Shown here piece by piece: positions 49,280 through 58,306 of a DNA stretch of 64,000 bases. The translations under genes and the position numbers were made by a program. The stretch covers positions 2,828 through 66,827 of the forward strand of contig JAKPXO010000168.1 of the NCBI GenBank assembly GCA_029567505.1. The letters run 5' to 3'. The notes under the pieces were generated by a model. That model was not told where the DNA came from. It was given only the letters and a program-made list of their open reading frames with translations, and made no database searches. This stretch comes from Acidobacteriota bacterium. GTDB lineage: Bacteria > Acidobacteriota > Thermoanaerobaculia > UBA5066. Positions within the stretch are counted from its first letter, which is position 1; each line of letters starts with the position of its first letter.

Positions 49280-49966
49280 ATGCAGGCGCGATCAGGACCC
49301 GAACGACACCGGCAGCTTCGCCAGTGGGTCGCCGACAGGCTTCGGGCCGAGATCCTCGAGGGGCGTCGCAGGCCCGGAGACTGGCTCCGTCAGGAGAGCG
49401 TCGCCCGCGAAGAGGGCGTCAGCCAGACCCCGGTTCGGGAGGCGCTCAAGCAGCTCGTCGCCGAGGGGCTGCTCGAGCATGTCCCCTACCGGGGCATCCG
49501 CGTCGTGACGCTCTCGGTCGAGGACGCCGAGGACCTCTACGCGAGCCGCGCCGTCCTCGAGCCGATGGCGGCGCGGCACGCGGCCGGCTCGATCACGGCC
49601 GACGAGGTCCGGGAGCTCGCCTCGCTCCACGAGCGAATGCTGGCCTGCGAGATCCCGGCCCGCCTCCGCGAGTACCGCGACCTGAACCGGCGCTTTCACG
49701 AGACGATCATCGCGGCCTCCCGCCGACCGTTCCTCACGCGAACGCTCGGCCACCTCTGGTCGGCCTTCCCGACGATGCTCTGGAGCAACGTACCCGGAAT
49801 CGCCTCGACCTCGCTCCCCGAGCGCGAGGACCCCGACGCCGCCGAGCACGCGGAGATCGTCGCGGCCCTCGTCGCGCACGACCCCGATCGCGCCGCCGCC
49901 GCCGTGAAGCGGCACGTCGAGGAGGCGGGACGGACGCTCGTCGCCGCCATGAGGGCCCATCCGTGA
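49280..49966 (+). CDS. GntR-family (FadR/FCD subfamily) transcriptional regulator
   Basis: Winged HTH (ESVAREEGVSQTPVREALKQLVAEGLL) and a C-terminal all-helical FCD-like domain. Confidence 0.8.
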   Translation: MQARSGPERHRQLRQWVADRLRAEILEGRRRPGDWLRQESVAREEGVSQTPVREALKQLVAEGLLEHVPYRGIRVVTLSVEDAEDLYASRAVLEPMAARHAAGSITADEVRELASLHERMLACEIPARLREYRDLNRRFHETIIAASRRPFLTRTLGHLWSAFPTMLWSNVPGIASTSLPEREDPDAAEHAEIVAALVAHDPDRAAAAVKRHVEEAGRTLVAAMRAHP

Positions 49967-50079
49967 TGCGCCCGACGGGGATCCAGTTTCTCTCCCCGCG
50001 TCGGGGCTCGAACGATCGCAAGCGAACACTCGTCCCGCGGGGCTCGAAACAAGCCCGAGGCCGGGCAAGAGGAGGAGTC

Positions 50080-52830
50080 ATGCCACGTCCGATCTCCGTC
50101 GTCACAGGAGCCGTTCTGATCCTGCTGTTGGGCCTCTCGGGCATCGCGAGCGCCCAGGGCACCGTCACTGGCAGCGTCCAGGGAATCGTCCGCGACTCCG
50201 AAGGGGGCGTCCTTCCCGGCGCCACCGTCACCGCCGTCTCGGGCGCTCTCGTTCGCGGTCGCATGACGACCACGACCGACGCACGCGGCGGCTGGCGCTT
50301 CCCCGCGCTCCCGCCGGGAACCTACGCGATCGAGGCCGAGCTGCAGGGCTTCCGGAAGATCCGCCGTGACGACGTGCGGGTCCGCCTCGGGCAGGCGATC
50401 GCCGTCGACCTCGTCCTCGCGCTCGAGAGCGTCGCCGCCGAGGCCATCGTCACGGCGGAGGCACCGCTCGTGAGCGTTGTCGAGAACAGGGTCTCGACGA
50501 GCTTCGGCGAGGACTACATCAGCCGGCAGGCCGTCCCGCGCAACTACTACCAGGTGATCACGACGGCCCCGGGCGTGAACGCCGACACCGGAACGAGCGG
50601 CAGCGCGATCCTCGCCTACGGCGGGACGAGTGAGAGCCAGAACGCCTTCACGCTGGACGGCGTGAACGTGGCCGATTCGGGCTCAGGCCAGCACTGGGTT
50701 CTGCCGAGCATCCAGTGGATGGAGGAGATTCAGATCGGCGGCCTCGGCGCAAACGCCGAGTACGGCGGCTACACGGGCGGCGTCATCAACGGCGTCACGA
50801 AATCGGGCGGCAACGAGTTCAAGGGGGCCCTCGAGGCGTACTACCAGCCCGACTCTTTCACCTCGGACAACTCGCCCGACACCGAGGACGAAACCTTCGA
50901 GTTCGAGAACTACGCCGTCAGCCTCGGCGGGCCGGTCGTGAAAGACCGGCTCTGGTTCTTCGCGAGCGCCGAGTACTGGCACCAGGAGACGACCCCGGTC
51001 GGCGCCACCGCCACCTCCGATCGGAAGATCCCCCGATTCCTCGGGAAGCTGACATACCAGGTGAGCGAAAAGAACCGCGTGTTCGGAATGTTCGAGTACG
51101 ACCACGTCGAGAACGAACGGCGCGGAATCGACGCCTACACCTTCCCCGAGGCGGCCCGCAAGCAGGACGGGCCGGGCGTCTCCTTCTCCGTGAACTGGGA
51201 GTCCATCCTCAACTCGTCCAACTTCCTCAACGTGAAGCTGACGGGCTACGACGGGAACGATGACTACCTCCCCTACAACGGCACCGACACGCCAGGCCAC
51301 GAGGACCTCTACGGCCACACCGGTTGGAGCCTCGTGAACGCGAAGATGCAGGATCTCTCCCATCGGCACCTCGTGACGGGCGACGCCTCGTGGAGCCTCT
51401 TCAAGGACGGCCTCTTCGGCAAGGCCGACTCGCATTCCTTCAAGTTCGGTGCCCTCTACGAGAAGGCCTCCACGACCGACGAGTGGCGGCGAAACGGCGG
51501 CTTCACCTACTACGACGACTCGACTCTCTGCCCCGGCGACACCGAGGCGGAGCAGATCGCGAACTACCTCCGCGACCCGAGCTGCGGCTGGTACGAGCGC
51601 TCGACCGGCTACGGCGAATACGAGGTCCACGCCGAGCACACCGGCTACACGTTCTACGCTCAGGACTCCATCCGCCTGAGCCGCGTGACGATCAACGCAG
51701 GCCTCCGCTACACGAACTACAGCGCCGGCTGGCGCGAGGGTTTCGGGAACCCCGACGTCTACGAGGTCGACTTCGTCGACCCGCGGATCGGATTCTCCTG
51801 GGACGTCCGCGGCGACGGACGCTGGGCGATCAAAGCGCACTGGGGCCGCTACCACTCCTCGATGTACACCTACCTCTTCGACCGCGAGGTCTCCGGCCAC
51901 GCCTCGGTTCCTGACGGCGACTGCTACTGGGACGGCTCGGCCTGGGGCGACTGCTCGTCCTCCACGCCCGACGAGGCGCCGATCGGCGACGTCGACCACC
52001 CGTACGTCGACGAGACCCTCTTCACCGTCGAGCACCAGCTCGGCCGAGACTCGTCGATCGGCGTCGACTTCATCGACCGTCGCTTCCGCAGCCTCATGGG
52101 CCTCTACAACACGAACAGCGACTACGAGCGGGTCACCGGCATCGCGAATCCCTTCGGAGGCGGCGACCTCGAGGTCTGGACGCTGAACGGCGACCCCGTC
52201 TGGTCACTGACGACCGACAACCCCGGCTACCGAGACTACGACTCCCTCGTCCTCCGGTACGACAAGCGGCACGCGAACGGCTGGCAGCTCCGCTCCTCCG
52301 TCGTCTGGACGGACCTCAAGGGGAACGTCCTGAAGAACAATGGCTACGCGCCCGAGCTCGAGGACCGCAACGGCCTCGTCAACGCCGACGGGCGGATGGA
52401 CTCCTCCTTCAACGAGTGGGAGTTCAAGGTGTCCGGCGCGGTCGACCTTCCGCTCGGGATCGTCGCGAGCGGCCAGTACACCTACCTCTCCGGCACCTAC
52501 TGGACGCCCTACGGCGACGTCCGCTCTTACGTCGACGGCAACTTCTACAGCGGCCGGAACGTCTTCCTCACCGAACGCGGATCCGAGAAGCTCCCGGCGC
52601 GGAACATCCTGGACCTCCGGCTCGGATGGGGGATGAACGTCCGCGGGCCGCTCCGCCTCGAGCTCTCCCTCGAGTGCTTCAACGTCCTCAACTCGGACAA
52701 GCCCCTCACCGTCGACAACTACTACGGCCGCTACCGCTCGGGCAGCTGGTCCGAGTACGCGGCCTTCGGCGAGGCTCTCAGCATCGAGGCCCCGCGCCAG
52801 TTCCGGGCCGGGCTCCGCCTGATCTTCTAG
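50080..52830 (+). CDS. Oar-like TonB-dependent receptor with N-terminal CarboxypepD_reg domain
   Basis: RBS GAGGAGGAG. Signal peptide. A CarboxypepD_reg-type beta-sandwich (GTVTGSVQGIVRDSEGGVLPGATVTA...TDARGGWRF), a plug, and a long barrel ending in the C-terminal Phe (RLIF*). Confidence 0.85.
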   Translation: MPRPISVVTGAVLILLLGLSGIASAQGTVTGSVQGIVRDSEGGVLPGATVTAVSGALVRGRMTTTTDARGGWRFPALPPGTYAIEAELQGFRKIRRDDVRVRLGQAIAVDLVLALESVAAEAIVTAEAPLVSVVENRVSTSFGEDYISRQAVPRNYYQVITTAPGVNADTGTSGSAILAYGGTSESQNAFTLDGVNVADSGSGQHWVLPSIQWMEEIQIGGLGANAEYGGYTGGVINGVTKSGGNEFKGALEAYYQPDSFTSDNSPDTEDETFEFENYAVSLGGPVVKDRLWFFASAEYWHQETTPVGATATSDRKIPRFLGKLTYQVSEKNRVFGMFEYDHVENERRGIDAYTFPEAARKQDGPGVSFSVNWESILNSSNFLNVKLTGYDGNDDYLPYNGTDTPGHEDLYGHTGWSLVNAKMQDLSHRHLVTGDASWSLFKDGLFGKADSHSFKFGALYEKASTTDEWRRNGGFTYYDDSTLCPGDTEAEQIANYLRDPSCGWYERSTGYGEYEVHAEHTGYTFYAQDSIRLSRVTINAGLRYTNYSAGWREGFGNPDVYEVDFVDPRIGFSWDVRGDGRWAIKAHWGRYHSSMYTYLFDREVSGHASVPDGDCYWDGSAWGDCSSSTPDEAPIGDVDHPYVDETLFTVEHQLGRDSSIGVDFIDRRFRSLMGLYNTNSDYERVTGIANPFGGGDLEVWTLNGDPVWSLTTDNPGYRDYDSLVLRYDKRHANGWQLRSSVVWTDLKGNVLKNNGYAPELEDRNGLVNADGRMDSSFNEWEFKVSGAVDLPLGIVASGQYTYLSGTYWTPYGDVRSYVDGNFYSGRNVFLTERGSEKLPARNILDLRLGWGMNVRGPLRLELSLECFNVLNSDKPLTVDNYYGRYRSGSWSEYAAFGEALSIEAPRQFRAGLRLIF

Positions 52831-52850
52831 GTCCCTCCTCCTCTCTCATC

Positions 52851-52884
52851 GGGGGCGGCCTGCCGGCCGCCCCCGCTTTTTCTT
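52851..52884 (+). terminator. Rho-independent terminator after the Oar-like receptor gene
   Basis: GGGGGCGGCC-tgcc-GGCCGCCCCC followed by GCTTTTTCTT. Confidence 0.6.
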
Positions 52885-52918
52885 CCGCCCCGCGTCCGCC
52901 GGGCGCCCAGGAGAGCCG

Positions 52919-53791
52919 ATGGTCCGCCGTGATTCCGCTCCACTCGTTCTCCTCGCCCTCCTCCTTGCCGTGCCGTCGATCCCGGCGCGCGCCGATGGAC
53001 CCGCGCCTCGCGCGGGGCATCTCGTTCTGATCGGCGGCGGCGAAAAGCCCGCGGACGCGATGCGCAAGTTCGTCGAGCTGGCCGGCGGGAAGGACGCGCC
53101 GATCGTCGTGATCCCGACGGCGTCCGGCGAGCCCGACGCCGCGGAGTACTACGAGAAGCTCTTCCGCGAGGAGCTCGGCTGTACCGACACCGTCTCGCTC
53201 CGGATCCGGAGCCGCGCCGACGCCGCGCGCCCCGACTTCGTCGCCCTCGCCCGGAAGGCCCGCGGCGTCTTCTTCGGGGGCGGAGACCAGATCCGGATCA
53301 CGAACGCCCTTCTCGGAACGCCGGTCGGGGACGCGATCGCCGCGGCGTTCGCCGAGGGCGCCGTCGTCGGCGGCACGTCGGCCGGAACGGCCTGCCAGAG
53401 CGAGCGGATGATCACCGGCGAAGGAGACTTCACTCAGGTGAGGACCCGCAGCGTGGAGCTCTGGCAGGGCCTCGGCTTCCTCCCCAGCGACGTCGTCGTC
53501 GACCAGCATTTCCTCCGCCGGCAGAGGCAGAACCGCCTCCTCTCGGTGGTCCTCGAGAAACCCGAGCTCCTCGGAGTCGGCGTCGACGAGGAGACGGCCA
53601 TCTGGGTTCGCCCCGACGGGACCTTCCAGGTCCTCGGGGAAAGCGGCGTCATGATCTTCGACGCGAAGGGGGTCTCGCTCTCCCGGCGGCCCCGCCCGAC
53701 CGGCCAGGACCTCCTCGGCGTCCGCGGCCTGACGCTCCACCTCCTCCTGCCTGGCGAGTCCTACGACCTCCGCACCCGCCGTCCCCTGTAG
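52919..53791 (+). CDS. secreted cyanophycinase-like peptidase (family S51)
   Basis: Signal peptide. LVLIGGGE, a nucleophile motif GGTSAG, and GFLP...DQHF. Exported, as extracellular CphE-type enzymes are. Confidence 0.75.
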   Translation: MVRRDSAPLVLLALLLAVPSIPARADGPAPRAGHLVLIGGGEKPADAMRKFVELAGGKDAPIVVIPTASGEPDAAEYYEKLFREELGCTDTVSLRIRSRADAARPDFVALARKARGVFFGGGDQIRITNALLGTPVGDAIAAAFAEGAVVGGTSAGTACQSERMITGEGDFTQVRTRSVELWQGLGFLPSDVVVDQHFLRRQRQNRLLSVVLEKPELLGVGVDEETAIWVRPDGTFQVLGESGVMIFDAKGVSLSRRPRPTGQDLLGVRGLTLHLLLPGESYDLRTRRPL

Positions 53792-53805
53792 CGGGTACCG
53801 GAGGT

Positions 53806-53873
53806 GGTGCCAGGCGTGAAATCGTGCAGTATTCGCAAAGAGGAGAACAATACATGATTTCACGCCTGGCACC
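53806..53873 (+). promoter_or_regulatory. 18-bp perfect inverted repeat enclosing the RBS and start codon of the capA-like gene
   Basis: GGTGCCAGGCGTGAAATC (53806-53823) and GATTTCACGCCTGGCACC (53856-53873), separated by a 32-nt AT-rich loop gtgcagtattcgcaaAGAGGAGaacaatacAT. Immediately downstream are three imperfect ~15-nt direct repeats (GGCACCGYGTGGGG). Confidence 0.5.
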
Positions 53874-55251
53874 GCGTGGGGTGGCACCGTGTGGGGGGGC
53901 ACCGCAGTGGGTGCCACTGATTCGGGTCCTCGCGGCGTTCGTTCTCGTCTCCGGCCTGGCGTCGGCGGAGCCGCCCGGGTGGGACCAGGGGCGGTCCGTG
54001 TACGAGCGGCGGATTCGGCCGCCGGAGGCGCCGGAGAAGGTCGACTGGGAGGCCCGGGTGACGGCGCTCCTGCGCGAGGAGCCGGGAGACCTCGTCGTCG
54101 CCGCCGTCGGCGACCTGATCTTCAATGAGCGGATCAGCCACCTGAAGGAGCCGGAGCGGAAGAACCTTCTCCGCATCCTGCAGGAAGCCGACGTCGCGAT
54201 CGGGAACCTCGAGTTCTCGATCAACGACCGGCCCGAGCTTCAGAAGGTCTTCTACAACTTCCGCGCGCCGCGCGAGTTCGCGTGGGAGCTCGCCGCCACC
54301 GGGATCAACCTCGTGAGCCTGGCGAACAACCACGCCCTCGACTTCGGCCCCGAGGGGCTCCTCGAGTGCCTGCGCGCTCTCGACCTGTCGGGGATCGCCC
54401 ACGCCGGGGCCGGCCGGACCCTCGCAGAGGCGCACGAGGCCGGCACGAAGCGGCCCCCCGGGCAGAAGGGGCGCGTCGCGCTCCTCTCCTACATGCGCTT
54501 CTGGACCGACCGCGACCGCTGCTCGGACCCGGCCGGACCGTGCCTCGCGACGATCGACCCGGCGACCGTCCTCGTCGCCCGACCCGACGGGACGGTCGAG
54601 TCGGTGGAGGGGCCGCAGGAGCGGGACGTGGCGCGCATGGAGGAGGACGTCCTCCTGGCGAAGCGGCGTTTCGGCCCCGTCTTCGTCGCGTACCACGTCC
54701 ACGACGTGAGCCACGCGCGGGTCTTCGGCATCCAGGACACGACCCCGCCGAACGAGGAGATCCCGTTCCGTCGCGCGGTCGACGCGGGAGCCGACGCCGT
54801 CCTCGGGAGCGGCCCGCACGTCCTGCGCGGAATCGAGCTGAGGAACGGACGACCGATCTTCTACAGCCTGAGCAACTTCGTCTACCAGTACCGCACGCCG
54901 AAGGCGATCCCGACGGATCTCCCCCACCAGCGCGACTCCGAGATGCCGCGCCCCGCGAACGTGTCGGTCTGGGACCGGCGCGACTCGCGTGAGGTCATGG
55001 AGAGCGTCGTCGCGCGGATGACGTACCGCGGCGGCGCGCTCCGGAAGCTCGAGCTGATTCCCGTGACGATCGACGACGAGGGACCGCTCTACGGAGTCCC
55101 TCGGCTCGCGTCGACGAAGAGGGCGGAGGAGATCGTCGCGCTCCTCCAGCGGCTCTCCGCGCCGTACGGCACGAAGATCGCGCTGAAGGACTGGTACGGC
55201 GAGGTAGAGCTGTCGGCCGTGAACGACGGCGCGCAGGCCCCCTCGGAGTAA
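53854..55251 (+). CDS. CapA/PgsA-like poly-gamma-glutamate biosynthesis-type metallophosphatase-fold protein
   Basis: ATG at 53854 with AGAGGAG 8 nt upstream. An alternative GTG at 53908 gives a cleaner signal peptide (MPLIRVLAAFVLVSGLASA). CapA motifs GDLIFNE, ANNHALDFG, and the VAYHVHDVSH core. Confidence 0.8.
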   Translation: MISRLAPRGVAPCGGAPQWVPLIRVLAAFVLVSGLASAEPPGWDQGRSVYERRIRPPEAPEKVDWEARVTALLREEPGDLVVAAVGDLIFNERISHLKEPERKNLLRILQEADVAIGNLEFSINDRPELQKVFYNFRAPREFAWELAATGINLVSLANNHALDFGPEGLLECLRALDLSGIAHAGAGRTLAEAHEAGTKRPPGQKGRVALLSYMRFWTDRDRCSDPAGPCLATIDPATVLVARPDGTVESVEGPQERDVARMEEDVLLAKRRFGPVFVAYHVHDVSHARVFGIQDTTPPNEEIPFRRAVDAGADAVLGSGPHVLRGIELRNGRPIFYSLSNFVYQYRTPKAIPTDLPHQRDSEMPRPANVSVWDRRDSREVMESVVARMTYRGGALRKLELIPVTIDDEGPLYGVPRLASTKRAEEIVALLQRLSAPYGTKIALKDWYGEVELSAVNDGAQAPSE

Positions 55252-55278
55252 ACCTCCGCGGGCCCGGCGGCGGTGGCG

Positions 55279-56103
55279 CTACTGCTTCACGAGCTCGACG
55301 CGCCGGTTCTTCGCACGGCCGGGCTCGGCGTCGTTCGAGGCGACGGGGGCGAGGGGGCCGACGCCGTAGCCCCTGAGGCGGGCGACGGCGACGCCATGGG
55401 TGGACGTGAGGGCCGCGACGACGGCCTCGGCACGCGCCTGCGACAGCTTCATGTTTCCGTCGATCGCGCTGACGGAGTCGGTGTGGCCGACGACCCAGAG
55501 CTTCAGCGCCGGGTCTGCGGCGAGGAGCTTCGCGACTTCCTGGAGCGCCGGTGTCGACTCGGGCTTGACGACGGACTTGCCCGTGTCGAAGTAGATCCCT
55601 TCGACGGCCACGTGCCCGGTCGTCTTCAGGGCGTCGCGGAAGGAGGCGGCGTCCGCGACGACGTGCTGCGTCATCTCCTGCCTCTCGACGATCCGGAGCC
55701 AGATCTTGCCGTTTCCGCGCTCCGCTTCGGCCCAGACCTCCTTGCCGTCGACGACGACCGAGCCGTTCACCCACCAGTTCGGCACCGAGTCGGCGACCGT
55801 GCCGCCGATCTTCTTCAGGGCGTTTTCGTAGTTCCGGACCACGGCGAGGCCGGACTGGTCGTCCTTTCGGTCGTCGACGGTGTACGTGATGAAGGTGTAC
55901 CTGCCCTCCACGACGCGCGTCTTTCCCCTCTGGAGCTTGAAGGGCCAGGCGGTGAACTCCTTCGTCTCACATGCCGCGATGGAGTAGTTCGGCATCCGGG
56001 TCGGAAAGAGCGGGTGGTCCTTGCAGCCCGCCTTGTCCGGCCGGACGGCGAGGGCGGAGCCGGAGGCGAGGAGGAGCGCCAGGGCGGCGAGGCGGACTCT
56101 CAT
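55279..56103 (-). CDS. OmpA-family peptidoglycan-binding protein
   Basis: Signal peptide MRVRLAALALLLASGSALA. C-terminal OmpA_C motif GHTDSVSAIDGNMKLSQARAEAVVAAL...GRAKNRRVE. Confidence 0.8.
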   Translation of the reverse strand: MRVRLAALALLLASGSALAVRPDKAGCKDHPLFPTRMPNYSIAACETKEFTAWPFKLQRGKTRVVEGRYTFITYTVDDRKDDQSGLAVVRNYENALKKIGGTVADSVPNWWVNGSVVVDGKEVWAEAERGNGKIWLRIVERQEMTQHVVADAASFRDALKTTGHVAVEGIYFDTGKSVVKPESTPALQEVAKLLAADPALKLWVVGHTDSVSAIDGNMKLSQARAEAVVAALTSTHGVAVARLRGYGVGPLAPVASNDAEPGRAKNRRVELVKQ

Positions 56104-56241
56104 TCGTGCATCCCTTTCGGCCGAGCTCGGCGGACGTCTCTCATCGAAGGCCATCTGGAATTCTAGGGCCGGAAGCGACGGCGGCGGCACGGCGAAGCCC
56201 CGTTTGCATCCCGTTTTGTTCTAGAATATACTCATATAGTT

Positions 56242-56403
56242 ATGTGCCATCCCGTTCGCTGTCCGAAGTGCAGGAAGCCCGCCTGGGCCGGTTGCGGCCG
56301 CCACGTCGAGGAGGCGCTCGCCGGAGTCCCCGTCGAGAGGCGCTGCTCCTGTCCCCCGCCGGAGTCGGTCCTCCCGCGGCCGCTCGGCCCGCGGAGCCGC
56401 TGA
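56242..56403 (+). CDS. small Cys-rich protein, paralogue A (53 aa)
   Basis: MCHPVRCPKCRKPAWAGCGRHVEEALAGVPVERRCSCPPPESVLPRPLGPRSR*. The ATG lies 6 nt after a TATAGT box in an AT-rich island. Shorter than the ORF-track cutoff. Confidence 0.5.
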   Translation: MCHPVRCPKCRKPAWAGCGRHVEEALAGVPVERRCSCPPPESVLPRPLGPRSR

Positions 56404-56437
56404 GGCTCCCACAGGGGCGTGGCAGAATCCGCCTCCC

Positions 56438-56599
56438 ATGTGCCACCAGATCCAGTGCCCCCGCTGCGGCCGCCCCACGTGGGCCGGCTGCGGACGCCAC
56501 GTCGAGCAAGCCCTCGCGAACGTCCCGAAGGAACAGCGTTGCAGCTGCCCTCCGCAGCCGTCCTTCCTTCAGAGGCTCTTCGGCTCGAAGGGGAAGTGA
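56438..56599 (+). CDS. small Cys-rich protein, paralogue B (53 aa)
   Basis: MCHQIQCPRCGRPTWAGCGRHVEQALANVPKEQRCSCPPQPSFLQRLFGSKGK*. The shared motif with paralogue A is MCHx3CPxCx3xWAGCGRHVExALxxVPxExRCSCPP. The copies differ by synonymous third-position changes (ggt/ggc, ggc/gga), indicating purifying selection. Confidence 0.5.
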   Translation: MCHQIQCPRCGRPTWAGCGRHVEQALANVPKEQRCSCPPQPSFLQRLFGSKGK

Positions 56600-56629
56600 G
56601 CGCGACGGACCGCGGGAGGGGCGGGCCCC

Positions 56630-58306
56630 TCAGCGGTCCGCGGCGAGCCAGGCGGTCGCGAGCCCGAGGCGGGTGACGCGGCGAACCTGAGCCGGGTCGA
56701 TCGAGGCGGGCGTGTCCCCCGGGCGGTGGTAGTCCGGGTGGAAGTTGCCGAAGAACCGGACGAAGGGGACGCGCGCCCGCGCGAAGTCGCGGTAGTCGCT
56801 GCCGCCGTTGACCCCCTCGGTCCAGTCGAGGTGCAGGGCGAGCTCGGCCGCGCTCCCGGCCCGCGCGAGGAGCGGCCCGAGGTCGGGCGCGAAGCTCGCC
56901 ACCCCGGGCTCGATGAACGAATCGGGGCGCGCGGCGGCGAGGAACGCCGCCGCGCCGGGGAGCTTCGCCGCGGTGACGAGGTCGCGGATCTCCTCCGCCT
57001 TCCACGGGTGAGCGACCATGTCGAAGTTCAGGTAGACGGCCGTCCTCGCGAGCGGCCAGAGCGGGTCCCGGACCCAGTGCCCCGAGCCGATCTTGTCCTC
57101 CTCTTCGCCGGTCCAGAGCGCGAAGACGAGCGTCCGCTTCGGCTGGACGGGAGACGACGCGAAGGCGCGCGCGATCTCGAGGAGCGCCGCGACGCCCGAG
57201 GCGTTGTCGTCGGCCCCGGGGTGAGTCACCCCGTCCACGCGCCCGAGGTGATCGGCGTGCGCGCCGAGGACGACGGCCTCGCCCTTCAGGGCCGGATCGC
57301 TCCCCGGGAGGATCCCGACGACGTTCCGCGAGAGGCCCGTCTTCTCGACCGCCGTCGCGCGGAGCGTCGCGGAGGCGGGAAGGGCGCGCGAGGGCTCTTC
57401 CGCCTTCGGCGCGGCGCCGAGGAGCGCCTCGAGGACGGCGGGCGCGCAGCGGAAGACGAGCGGCTCGAGCGAGGGCCCCTCCGCCATCGACCGGAACGCG
57501 AACGTCGCGGGCTTCTCGGTCCCGAGGAGGCGCGTTGCCCAGTCGTTCCCCTCGACGGCGAGGACGGCCACCGCGCCGAGCGCCTTCGCCGTCTCCAGCT
57601 TCGCGGCCCAGCGCTCCTCGGTGTCGCCCGCGGCGTACTTCTCGACCAGATCCTTCCTCGCCCACGCTTCTCCCGGCGGGAGCCCCTCGCGGAGGACGAC
57701 GACCCTCCCCTTCACGTCGAGGCCCCTGTAGTCGTCCCGCGCCGGCGCGCTCTCGCGGATGCCGTAGCCCGCGAAGACGAGCGGTCCCGAGACGGAGCGG
57801 GCGGGCTGCGGCGGGACGACGACGTCGACGCCGTGAACGAACGTCCGTCGCGCCGTCGTCTCCCCGGCCCGGCGCTCGATCTCGACGGAGCCCCCCGGCT
57901 CGCGGATCTCGCGCATCGGCACCGGCTGGAAGTACGTGCGTGCGCCCTGTGCGTCGGTGGCGCCGTACGGCGCCACGCCGGCGAGGGCCAGCTGCGCCGC
58001 CCCGTATTCGAGCGCGGCCTCGAGGCCGTCGCTCCCGAGGCCACGCCCCCCGAGAGCCGGCGCGGCGAGGAAGTCGACGTGCGCGCGGAGCGCCGCGGCA
58101 CGAACGCCGTCGAGCGCCGCGCGGAGCGGCGCCGGAATCGCCTCGCCCGCCTTCGGGAGGACGAACCGGGGCCGCGCGGCGTCCGCGGCCGAAGTCGCAG
58201 GAGCAGCGGAAGCCGGAGACGGCTGCGCGACAGCCGGTGGAGCGGCGAGCACGCCGCCGAACGCCGCGGCGATCGTGAGGGCAGGAACGAGCACCGTCTT
58301 CCTCAT
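56630..58306 (-). CDS. M28-family aminopeptidase with PA domain, secreted
   Basis: Start at MRKTVLVPALTIAAAFGGVLAAPPAVA (RBS GGAGAGG). Zn-ligand motifs HADHLG, GADDNASG and EEDKIGS. The ATG overlaps the epimerase stop (ATGA). Confidence 0.8.
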   Translation of the reverse strand: MRKTVLVPALTIAAAFGGVLAAPPAVAQPSPASAAPATSAADAARPRFVLPKAGEAIPAPLRAALDGVRAAALRAHVDFLAAPALGGRGLGSDGLEAALEYGAAQLALAGVAPYGATDAQGARTYFQPVPMREIREPGGSVEIERRAGETTARRTFVHGVDVVVPPQPARSVSGPLVFAGYGIRESAPARDDYRGLDVKGRVVVLREGLPPGEAWARKDLVEKYAAGDTEERWAAKLETAKALGAVAVLAVEGNDWATRLLGTEKPATFAFRSMAEGPSLEPLVFRCAPAVLEALLGAAPKAEEPSRALPASATLRATAVEKTGLSRNVVGILPGSDPALKGEAVVLGAHADHLGRVDGVTHPGADDNASGVAALLEIARAFASSPVQPKRTLVFALWTGEEEDKIGSGHWVRDPLWPLARTAVYLNFDMVAHPWKAEEIRDLVTAAKLPGAAAFLAAARPDSFIEPGVASFAPDLGPLLARAGSAAELALHLDWTEGVNGGSDYRDFARARVPFVRFFGNFHPDYHRPGDTPASIDPAQVRRVTRLGLATAWLAADR

